Shown one piece after another: positions 40,320 through 54,700 of a stretch of 64,000 nucleotides of DNA. Numbering within the stretch: the stretch's first letter is position 1; every line of letters begins with the position of its first letter. The position numbers were made by a program, and so were the translations under genes. The notes beneath the pieces are model-generated. The model saw only the letters and a list, made by a program, of their open reading frames with translations, made no database searches and was not told the origin of the DNA. The stretch lies in the NCBI RefSeq assembly GCF_009914755.1, contig NC_060932.1, one strand, 5' to 3'. Source of the DNA: the human T2T-CHM13v2.0 reference genome, Homo sapiens.

Positions 40320-43086
40320 TTATCACCACTAGGTCAGCCTTTCAAGAAATGCTTAAGAGAGTTCTTAAAGCAAAAATAGAAGAATGTTAATTACTAACAC
40401 GAAAGTGTAAAATACACTGGTAAAGGTAAATATATAGTCAAACTGAGAATATTCCAATGTTATAATGGTGACCTATAAAGCATTTATATATTTAATGTGA
40501 AGGTTAAAAGTCAAAAGAGCTGACAATAATTATAGCCACATTAAGTTGTTAAGAAATATGCAATATAAAAAAAATTAAATTGTGTCTTCAAAAATATAAA
40601 TTATGGGAAAGAGTAAAAGTGTAGAGTTTTTGTACGTGATGAAAGTTAAGTTGTTATCAGCACAATATAGTTTGTTGTAACTATGCAGTATTTCATGTAA
40701 GCCTCATGATAACCACAAAGCAAATTAAATTTATAGCAGAAACATAAGTAAAGGAAAAGGAATCAAAACTTTGCACTACAGAAAATCAGCAAACCACAAA
40801 TGTAATCATGAAGAGAGAAATAAAGGAACAAAGGATCTACAAAATTACAGAAAGCGATGAACAAAATGACAATAGTAAGTGTTAATCTATCCATAATTAC
40901 TTTGAATGTAAACAGATTAAATTCTTCAATCAAAAGACATAAACTGGCTGAATGAATAACTTAGAAAAACCCATGTTTATGCTGCTATATATGTACATAT
41001 ATGTATATGCAGCATATAGTCGGTTAAAAAAAAAAAAACCCAACTATATGCTGCTACAAGTGACCTACTTTAGCTTTAAGGACACATAAAGGTTGAAAGT
41101 GAAAGGATAGAAGAAGACATTCCATAAAAATAATAACTGAAAGAGAGCAAAGGTGGCTATACCTATAATAGATTAAATAGATTTCAAGTCAAAAACTACC
41201 CCAAGAAACAAAAAAAGGTTATTATTTAATAATAAAGAGCTCAATTCATCAAGGAGACATAACAATCATAAATATATACGTACCCAATATCAGAGCAACT
41301 GATATAGTTTGGATATTTGTCCTTGCCCAAAGCTCATGTTGAAATGTAATTCTCAATGTTGGACGCAAGACCTGTGGGAGGTGTTTGGATCATGGGAGCA
41401 GTTCCCTCATGAATGGCTTGGTCCGTCCCCTTGGTGAAAAGTGAGCTCTCACTCTGAGTTCATATGAGATCTGGTTATTTAAAAGTATGTGGCATCCCCC
41501 CCTCAATTCTCTCTGTCTCTCTCTTGCACTTGCTTTCACCAGTTGATGTGCCTGTTTTTGCTTCATCTTCTGTCATGAGTAAAAGCTCTCTGTGGTCTCT
41601 CTAGAAGCCAATGCTGGCACTATGTTTCCTGTGCAGTCTGCAGAGCCATGAGCCATTTAACCTTTTTATAAATTACCTACCCTCAGGTATTTATTTATAG
41701 CATTCAAGAACAGCATACTACAGAAAATTGTTAACAGAAGTGGGGCATTGCTATAAAGATACCCGAAAATGTGGAAGTGATTTTGGAACTGGGTAACGGG
41801 CAGAGGTTGAAGAGTCTGGAGAGCATAGAAGAAGACAGGAAGATGAGAGAAAATTTGCAACTTCTTAGAGACTTCTTAAATGATTGTGACCAAAAATGAA
41901 CAGTGAAGTCCAGGCTGCTAAGGTCTCAGATGCAAATGAGGAACATATTTGGGAATTGGAGCAAAGGTTACCCTTGTTATGTCTTAGCAAAGAACTTGGC
42001 TGCATTATATCTATTCCCTAGGGGTCTGTGGAAGTTTGAGCTAAAAAACGATGATTTAAGGTACTTGGTGGAAAGAATTTCTAAGTAGCAATGCTTTCAA
42101 GATGTGATCTGGCTGCTTCTAACAGCCTATGCTCAGACATGGCAGCAAAGGCATGACTTAAAGTTGGAACTTATATTTAAAAGAGAAGCAGAGCATACAA
42201 GTTTGGAAAATGTGAAGCCTGGCCAAGTGGCAGAGAAAGAAAAAGCTTTTCCAGGAGAGGAATTCAAGTAGTCTGTGGAGCAATGATCTGCTAAAGATAT
42301 TTTCGTAACTAAAAGGGATTCAAGTGCTAATATCCAAGAAAATGGGGAAAAGTATTTGAAGGCATCTCAGAGACCTTCACAGCAGTCCCTCTCATCACAG
42401 GCCCAGAGGCCAAGGAAGGAAGAATTGTTTGTGGGACAGGCCTAAGGCATCACTGACCTGTGCAGCCTCAGGACACTGCTCTCCTCTTCCCAGATGGCCC
42501 AGCTTCAGCCAGGGCTCAAAAGGGCCAAGGTACAGCTTGAGCTGCCATTTTGGAGAATGCGAGCTGTAAGGTTTGTCAGCTTCAACATAGTGTTAAGCCT
42601 GCCATCACACAGTGTGTAAGAGTGAATCAAGCTTGGTACCCTCCACCAAGATTTCAGAGGATATATGGAAAGGCCTGATAGTCAGTGCAGACTCATGGTT
42701 TTGCAGCCTGCACAGAAAGTGTATTGCCAGCATCAGCTTCTGGGGGACATGATAGTCTTTTTCATATATCCTCTGAAATCTTGGTGGAGTGGTGGTGCTG
42801 CAGGGGAGATGCCCTCAGTGAGAACCTCTACTAGGACAGTGTAAAGGGAAAACACGTAGTTGGAAGCTCCAAAACGCACAGGCACTGGGGCACTGCCTAC
42901 TGGAGCTTGGAGAAGGGGGCCACCATCTTCAGATCACAGAATGGTAAATCCAATGGCAACTTACAACTTCAACCTAGGAAAAGCTACAGGCATTCAACTC
43001 CAACCCATGAGAGCAGTGCTGGGGCTGAACCCTGCAAAGCCCCTGGGTTGGAGTTGCTCACAACTTTGGGAGCCCACCCCTCATAC

Positions 43087-44447
43087 TGTGTCCAGAATTG
43101 GTGGGTTCTTGGTCTCACTGACTTCAAGAATTAAGCCACGGACTCTCGCAGTGAGTGTTACAGTTCTTAAAGGCAGCGTGTCTGGAGTTTGTTCCTTCTG
43201 ATGTTCGGATGTGTTCAGAGTTTCTTCCTTCTGGTGAGTTCGTGGTCTCGCTGGCTCAGGAGTGAAACTGCAGACCTTTCCAGTGAGTGTTACAGCTCTT
43301 AAGGCAGTGCGTCTGGAGTTGTTCATTCCTCCAGGTGGGTTCGTGGTCTCGCTAGCTTCAGGAGTGAAGCTGCAGACCTTCGCAGTGAGTGTTACAGCTC
43401 TTAAAGGCAGTGTGGACCCAAAGAGTGAGCAGCAGCAAGATTTATTGCAAAGAGAGAAAGAACAAAGCTTCCATACTGTGGAAGGGGACCTGAGCGGGTT
43501 GCCACTGCTGGCTGGGGCAGCCTGCTTTTATTCTCTTATCTGGCCCCACCCACATCCTGCTGATTGGTAGAGCCCAGTGGTCTGTTTTGACAGGGCGCTG
43601 ATTGGTGCGTTTACAATCCCTGAGCTAGACACAAAGGTTCTCCAAGTCCCCAACAGAGTAGCTAGATACAGAGTGTCAATTAGTGCATTCACAAACCCTG
43701 AGCTAGACACAGGGTGCTGATTGGTGTGTTTACAAACCTTGAGCTAGATACAGAGTGCTGATTGGTGTATTTAGGATCCCTGAGCTAGACACAAAGGTTC
43801 TCCAAGTCCCCACCAGATTAGCTAGATACAGAGTGTCGATTGGTGCATTCACAAACCCTAAGCTAGACACAGGGTGCTGATTGGTGTGTTTACAAACCTT
43901 GAGCTAGATACAGAGTGCCTATTGGTGTATTTACAATCCCTGAGCTAGACATAAAGTTTCTCCACGTCCTCACCAGACTCAGGAGCCCAGCTGGCTTCAC
44001 CCAGTGGATCCTGTGCCAGGGCTGCAGGTGGAGCTGCCTGCCAGTGGTGCGCTGTGTGCCTGCACTCCTCAGCCCTTGGGTGGTCAATGGGACTGGGCAC
44101 CGTGGAGCAGAGGGCAGCGCTCGTCCGGGAGGCTCCGGCCACAAAGGAGCCCACGGAGGTGGGGAGGCTCAGACATGGTGGGCTGCAGGTCCCGAGCCCT
44201 ACCCAGCAGGAAGGCAGCTAAGGCCCGGCGAGAAATTGAGCATGGCAGTTGCTGGCCCAGGTGCTAAGCTCCTCGCTGCCCGGGCTGGTGGGGCCGGCCG
44301 GCTTCTCCAAGTGTGGGGTATGCCAAGCCCATGCCCACCCGGAACTCGCACTGGCCCGCAAGCACCCCGGCAGCCACGGTTCCCACCCGCGCCCCTCCCT
44401 CCACACCTCCCCACAAGCTGAGGGAGCCGGCTGCAGCCTTGGCCAGC
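43087..44447 (-). mobile_element. LTR12C-type (ERV9) solo LTR lacking its 5' terminus
   Basis: TGTGTCCAGAATTGGTGGGTTCTTGGTCTCACTGACTTCAAG end, U5 repeats, ~40-bp U3 enhancer repeats and a GC-rich U3. Confidence 0.93.
43526..43975 (-). promoter_or_regulatory. LTR12 promoter/enhancer: CCAAT (NF-Y) and GATA repeat array plus AATAAA-type TATA box
   Basis: Seven intact ATTGG at 43563, 43601, 43720, 43761, 43839, 43880 and 43921. AGATA motifs in the repeats. TTTTATT at 43526-43532. 160-bp higher-order repeat (43598-43757 and 43758-43917). Confidence 0.75.
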
Positions 44448-44611
44448 TCCCTTTTGGTATAGGAATGTTTACCCAACTCTATACTCGCATTATATCTTGG
44501 AAGTAAATTACTTGCCTTTGATTTTACAAGCTCATAGGTGGAAAGGACTCGCCTTGTCTCAGATGAGACTTTGGGCTTTTGAGTTAATGTGGAAAGAGTT
44601 AAGACTTTGGC

Positions 44612-44977
44612 TGATATGGTTTGGCTCTGTGCCCCCACCCAAATCTCATCTCTAATGGTAATCCCCACATGTCAAGGGAGGAACCTAGTGTGAAGTGACT
44701 GGATCATGGGGGCAGTTTCCCTCATGCTGTTTTCATGATAGTGAATGAGTTCTCATGAGATCTAATGGTTTAAATGTGTTTGGCAGTTCCCCTCTCACTT
44801 TCTGTCTCTCCTACCATCATGTAAGAAGGTTTTTGCTTTTCCTTCACCTTCCACCATGATTATGTTTCCTGAGGCCTCTCCAGCCATATGGAACTGTGAG
44901 TCAATTAAACCTCCTTTCTTTATAAATTGCCCAGTCTCAGGTAGTTCTTTGTAGCTGTGTGAAAACGGACTAATAAA
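44612..44977 (+). mobile_element. THE1 (THE1D-like) solo LTR inside MST internal region
   Basis: TGATATGGTTTGGCTCTGTGCCCCCACCCAAATCTCATC…GTGTGAAAACGGACTAATA. Confidence 0.9.
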
Positions 44978-47219
44978 ATGTGGGGCTATTGCAAAGCATG
45001 ATTGTATTTTGCAATGTGAGAAGGACATGATATTTGAGGCAGTGGTCAGGGACAGAATGATATAGTCTGGATATTTTTATCTACCCAAATCTCATGTTGA
45101 AATGTAATCCCCAATTTTGGAGGTGGACCTGGTAAGAGATGTTTGGATCATAAGAGTGGATGTCTCATTAATGCCTTGGACCATCCCTTGGGTGATAAGT
45201 GAGCTCTCGCTCTGAGTTCATGCAAGATCTAGTCATTTAAAATTGTGTGTGTGGCACCCTAAGCCCCACTCTCCCTCTTTCATGCTTCTGCTTTCACCAT
45301 GTGATGGGCCTGTCTTGCTTCGCCTTCTGCCATGAGTTAAAGCTCCCTGAGGTCCCCCAGAAGCTGATGCTGGCACTACACTTCCGATATAGCCTGCAGA
45401 ACCATGAGCCAATTAAACCTCTTTATAAATTACTCAGTCTCAGATACTTCTTTATAGCAATCAGCATCTAAATAGGGAAAGAATGTTTTAATGGTCATAA
45501 AGGGAGAAATAGGTAGCAACACAATAATTGTAGGCTATTTATACATCACTTTCAACAATAGACAGGACAACTACAAAGACAATTAACAGGGAAATACTGG
45601 AGTTGAACTGCACTTCAGGCAAAATAGACTTAACATACCTTCATAGAACTTTCCATCCAACAGCAGCAGAATGCACATTCTTTTCTATGCACACGAAGCA
45701 CACTCCAGAATAGACCACACGTTATGCCACAAAACAAGTCTTAATACATTTAGGAAGATTTAAATAATATCAGGTATTGTTTCTGAATGCAGTGGTATAA
45801 AATTAGAAATCAAAAACGGATAAATTTTGGAAAATTCACAAATATATGGAAATTAAACAACATGCTGCTGAATAACCATGGGTCAAAAAGGAAGTCAAAA
45901 GGAAAATCTAAATATATTTTGAAACAAATCACAGCAGTTGAAACACAACATACAAAAACCTATGACATGAAGCAATAAAAATCTACATTATAAGGGAAGA
46001 AAGATTTCAAATAAATAGCCTACATTATCCTCAATGAGCTAGAAGAAGAAACTCAACTCAAGGTTAGCAGAAGAAAGGATAAAGATTAGAAAATAAATAA
46101 ATCATATAGAAAATAAAAAGCCATAGACAAAATTAGAAAATTGAAGAGTTTGTTTTTTGAAAAAAAAAAAAAGAAACAAAATTGACAAACTCAGCTAAAA
46201 TAACTAAGAAGAAAAGAGAGAAGACTCAAATATATAAAATGAGAAGTGAAAGTGAAGGTATTACAACAAATACCTCAGTAATTAAAAAGATCATAAAGAA
46301 TATTATGATCAATTATATGCAAACAAATTCAATAAACTAGAGGAAATTGATAAGTTTCTAGAAAAATAGAGCCTACCAAGTTTGAATCAGGGAAAAGTAG
46401 AAAGTCTGAACAGACTAACAACAAAGACATTGAAGTTGTAATTAAAAGCCTCTCAACAAAGAAAAGCTACAGACCAGATGAATTTATTGCTGAATTCTAC
46501 CAAACTTTCAAAGAATAATTAGTACCAATACTTCTTAAACTCTTTCAAAAAAGTAGAGATGTAGGAAATACTTTTTAACACATTTTATGAGACCAGCATC
46601 ACCTTGATACCTAAGCCAGACAAAGACATCATAAGTAAACTACAAGACAATACCTCTGATAAACACTGATGCAAAATTGTTCAATAAAATATTGGCAAAC
46701 AGCATTCAACAACATACCAAAAAGATCATGATCATATGGGATTTATCCATGGCATATAAGGCTGGCTTAACAGATGGAAGTGAATGAATGTGATTACATC
46801 ATCTCAGCTGATGGAAGATAATAACCACATGATCATCGCACTTAATGCAGAAAAAGCATTCAACAAAGATCAACATCCTTTCTTGAGAAAAACTCTCAAC
46901 AGTATAGAATGCAAGTTGCTCAACACAATAGTGGTTGTGGCTGCTTATGAAAAACCCAGAACTAGCATCACCGTCCAATGGAGAGAAGCTGAAGGCTGAT
47001 TCTCTAAGGTCTGGTATAGGGCAAGGACACCCACTCTTGCCACTTCTATTCAACATAGTACTGGAAGTATTATTAAGAGCAATCAGACAAACAAAATGTA
47101 TTCAAATCAGAAAGGAACAAATACGATTATCCTTATTTATTGATGACTTGATCTTATAAGTAGAAAAGTGCAAAGACTTCACCAAAAAACTGTTAGAACT
47201 GTTAGAAATAAAGTAAGTA

Positions 47220-50492
<3,273 letters not shown>

Positions 50493-52036
50493 AGTCAGTA
50501 AAGTTGCAGAATACAAAATCAACATACAAATGTTTATGGCATTTCTATACACAAATAAACAACATAACCAGTAGCATTATTCACTGCAATAGAAAAAACA
50601 ATTCTAAAATTTGTATGGTGTAACAAAAGACTCCAAATAGCCAAAGCAATTCTGAGAAAAAGATAAAAGTTGAAGGCATCACATCACACTTTCTGATTTA
50701 ACATTATATTATTATACTTTCTGACGTAAAATTATATTACAAAGGTAGAGTGATTAATATAGTAAGGTATTGATATGAAAACAGCCACATAGCCGAGCAA
50801 AACAGAATAGAGAGCCCAGAAATGAATCCTAACTTATATGGTCAATCAATTTTTGACACAGCATCAAGAGGACACAATGGGGAAAGGATAGTCTCTTCAA
50901 TAAATGTTTCTGACAAAACTATGTTGCCACATGCTAAAAAAATAAAATGGATCCTTATGGTATACCATACACAAAAATCAACTCAAAATGGATAAAATAT
51001 CTGAACAGAAGACCTGAACTCACAAATCTCCTAGAAAGAGAAAAAAAACATAGGGGAAAAGCTTTTTAACATTGGCCTTGGCAAGAATTTTGTAGATATC
51101 GCCCCAAAATCTCAGGCTACAAAAGCAAAATTAAATAAATGAGATCGCATCAAACTAAAAAGTTTCTCACAGCAAAGGAAACAATTAACACAACAAAAAA
51201 GCAAACTATGTATTTGGAAAAAATATTTGCAAACCATGTATCTGATAAGCAGTTCATATCAAAAATTTATATAGAACTCATACAACTCAATAGCAAGAGA
51301 ATATGTAACCTGATTTTAAAATGTCCATGGACAAAAATAGGCATGTCTCCAAGGATGACATAAAAATGGCCAATGCATAAATGAAAAGGTGCTGAAGATC
51401 ACTAATCACCAGAAAACTGCAAATCAGAACAACCTTGATATATCACCTCACACTCCTTAAAACAGCTGTTATATAAATAACAAGCAATAACAAATGTTGG
51501 CAAGGGTGTGGAAAAAAAGGGAACCCTATATACTCTTGGTAGAAATAGTAGATTGGTACAGCCATTGTGGAAGACAATATGAACATACCTGAAGAAATTA
51601 AAAATAGAACTACCATATGACTAAACAAAAGGACATTAAAATCAGCACCTTGTAAAGATATCTGCACTTACATATTTATGGTAGGATTATTCACATCAGG
51701 CAAGATATGGAAACAACCTAGGTGTCTGTCAGCGGACAAATGTATAAAGAAACTATTGTATATGTGATGGAATATCATCCAATCTTTAAAAAGCAGGAGA
51801 TTCTGCCATTTGCCACAACATGGATGGATCTGGAAGACATTATGCTAAATGAAATAAACCAGATAGAAAAAGAAAAATATTGCATCATCTCACTTTTATA
51901 TGCAATCTAAAATTTTAAAATGTCTAATATATAGTGATAGAGAAAACAACAATTACCAGGAGGAAAATAGAGAGATTAAAGTTGAAAGATACAAAGTAGC
52001 AGATATGTAGGACGAACAAGGCTGAAGATCTAATAT

Positions 52037-52081
52037 ATAGTTTATTGCAAAAGTAATTGCAGTTTTGCCATTACCTTTAAT
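52037..52081 (+). mobile_element. Half MADE1 (Hsmar1-derived MITE) in L1MA 3' UTR
   Basis: TGCAAAAGTAATTGCAGTTTTGCCATTACCTTTAAT equals one MADE1 arm plus spacer. Confidence 0.8.
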
Positions 52082-52199
52082 ACATGAGGCCTACAGTTAA
52101 TAATAGTGTATTGTATCCAGAATTTTTGCTGAATGAAGAGAAAAAATAATTTTTACTGCATATATTAGTATCCTACTATAAGCAAAAAACTTTCTGTTC

Positions 52200-52925
52200 T
52201 TGACATGTGTGTTTTTAAATATATCAGTTTGGCCTCATGGAATCCTGTTTGCAAATATAAAATAATAACCTATTGTTTTATTCAATGGGTTATAATTTAT
52301 TATAGCATTATGTAATTTAATGCTCAATTTATACCAGATTTTGTGAGTAGTAACACTTTAGGCTGACTTCTGTGTTTTATTGGCATGTCTCATAATTCTT
52401 TTAGCACTTTTTAAGTTTTTGGCACAAGAAGATGTTCCAGGCTCATGTTGTACTTTCACTAACAAAGAACTTCTCCCCACAAAATGGCTATTTATCATTT
52501 CTCCCAGGATAAATGGTTGCTTTTGATGAAGAATAATATTTAGGGATTAAGATCTGGGTCTAGGTGAGCTCATGGCTATTGGTATCTCACTGCTCCCAGG
52601 CCCAGCCCACTCAGTGGAAAGATACCCTCCCCACGCCCACACACAAACCTATATCGATTTCTCTGTCTCTATTTCTCTTATTTCTCTCTCCTCTAACCCT
52701 TCCTGATATATACTTATCTTTCTCTCTCTAACTACATATCTAACTGTCTATGTTGAAAACCATGAGTTCACACTGGTATCTCCAATCCCAATTCAGCAAC
52801 ACAGGGCAAGGTTTACATTAGTTTTCTCCCTTTGCACGAATGGAAGTCTCATATAACAGTGAGAAAACTTGCCACTATTATCATCAATACATTTATTTAT
52901 AATATAAATCTTGTGTGTATCAAAT
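52200..52925 (-). mobile_element. Old L1 (L1MC4/5-like) 3' region
   Basis: GGCACAAGAAGATGTTCCAGGCTCATGTTGTACTTTC…AAGATCTGGG…AAAACCATGAGTTCACACTG. Confidence 0.7.
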
Positions 52926-53309
52926 CTTCCCTGGCCACCTTTGTCTCTCCCCTGTCACATGGATGCCTTCTTGGTCTCCTCTAATTTTAGTTGAGCAAGC
53001 CTCCTGGTCTCCTCTAATTTTAGTAATCATAGGCTTCCAGAGGAACAATGTCTTATCCTAAGAACCCTCAATTTAGGCCAATTGTCAGTACCTGTCACTT
53101 CCATCCCAAAAGTGGAAATAAATTTCAGAAAGAGCATACAGGAAGAGCATCCATTATCTCATTTAGACACACTCATCAGAGCCCATGAAAGATTAAGAAT
53201 AGAAACATATAAAAAAAATTCAGTCCATATAAATGGTAGAGTAGTATTGTGCAATTGCTACCAGGTTACTAAAACTAAAGCTTTAGCTTTAGTAACCTGG
53301 TATGACAGC

Positions 53310-53645
53310 ATTATTATAGATTTATAATATTATATATATGATTTATATATTACAGATTTATAATTTATTTAAATTTACAATATAGATTTATATATTATAC
53401 ATTATATTATATATATAATATATATTATAATATATAATATCTATTTTATATATGTTTATGGGTATATATATGCTTATATATGGGTATAGGTATGTTTACA
53501 TATAAACATGTATATATACACATATATGTATCTATATACACACATACACACAATTATATACAGAGACATATATATACATACATACACAATTTTATGTATG
53601 TGTGTGTGTATATATATATACACACACACATGCAATTATATATAG
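53310..53645. repeat. AT-rich/(TA)n-(CA)n compound microsatellite
   Basis: Seen directly. Confidence 0.85.
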
Positions 53646-53949
53646 AGAGAAGGAATTACACATGTGTAATTATTATGGAAGTAGCTACTGATTGCAGGAA
53701 ATTAACTACATTCCAATGTGCCTTCCAGTCATTAATATACACTCACCATGCAGCTATTTTTCTTCTCACTTTGTCTCTCTCTTCCACTTTCTGCTTCTAA
53801 GAATTTCAATCAATCTTCATATTCTAGAATGTATATCCAAGTCCTCTACAACTCCAGGGAAGAGATTCATACATTTTTCACTCTAAAGGGACCCTAGTTT
53901 TTCCAAATTAAAATGTGCAAAGTATGTGTTATTCGGATTTTTAAATATA

Positions 53950-54700
53950 CATATATTAAAATTAACACTGTTGGGTGAACAGTTCTATGAGTTTTGATTA
54001 ATGCATGTACTTGTGTAAACACCACCACAATCAATATACAGTACAGTTTCATTATCCTATCCAAAAGTTCTTCGTACTGTTTATATTTAAACCTTCCCTT
54101 CACTCTTAACCCATAGTGACCAATAACCTGCTCTCCATTATTACAATGTTGCCATTTCTATAATTTCATAGAAGTTGAACTGAGAATATGCAGCCTTTAA
54201 GTCTGGCTTCTTTCTCTCATCCTAATGAATTTACTATTAATTGATGTTGTTCTGTGTTTCGATAGTCAGTTTCTTTTATTGTCAAGTAATATTTTCTTGT
54301 ATGAACATTCTCCATTTTGGTTTTTCATTCCTCACTTGAGAGATATTTGTATTGCTTCCAGTTTTAGGCTATTACAAATAAAGTTTATATGCACCTTAAT
54401 AGACAGGTTTTCCTGTTACTATAGATTTTATTTTTCCTGGGTAAATAAATAGAAGTGGAATAACCGGGTCATACACTAAGCGGACGCTTAAGTTTACAAA
54501 AAAAAAAAACCAAAAAACTGTCAAACAGTTTTCCATATCATACTATTTTGCATTTTCACCAGCAATATATGACAGTTCAAGTTCTTCCACATCCTTGTCA
54601 GCACTTGCAATTGTCAGTTCTAAATTTTATTTAGTTGCTATTCTATTAGGTAAATTATTCTGGATTTATTTTGCATTTCTGTAATAACTAATAATATTGT
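53950..54700 (-). mobile_element. Old L1 (L1MD/ME-like) 3' region
   Basis: ACAGTTCTATGAGTTTTG…CACCACCACAATCAA…CCAGTTTTAGGCTATTACAAATAAAG…CACCAGCAATATATGA…TTTGCATTTCT. Confidence 0.8.

Larger units (their letters stand above)
41300..45463 (+). mobile_element. MST (MSTA-like) MaLR provirus: 5' LTR 41300-41722, internal region, 3' LTR 45058-45463
   Basis: Two homologous TGATATAG…CA LTRs. MST-int start GAAAATTG…GTGGGGCATTGCTATAAAG. 5-bp TSD GCAAC (41295-41299) / GCATC (45464-45468) within L1 EN sequence. Confidence 0.92.

Noticed and set aside
43598-43975. Regular ~40-bp repeats superficially like a CRISPR array
   Set aside because: There are no unique spacers or cas genes. These are the known LTR12/ERV9 U3 enhancer repeats in eukaryotic DNA.
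43890-44668. Overlapping GC-rich ORFs up to 168 aa and an apparent CpG island
   Set aside because: They lie within LTR12 U3, where high GC suppresses stop codons. Not a host gene or host promoter.
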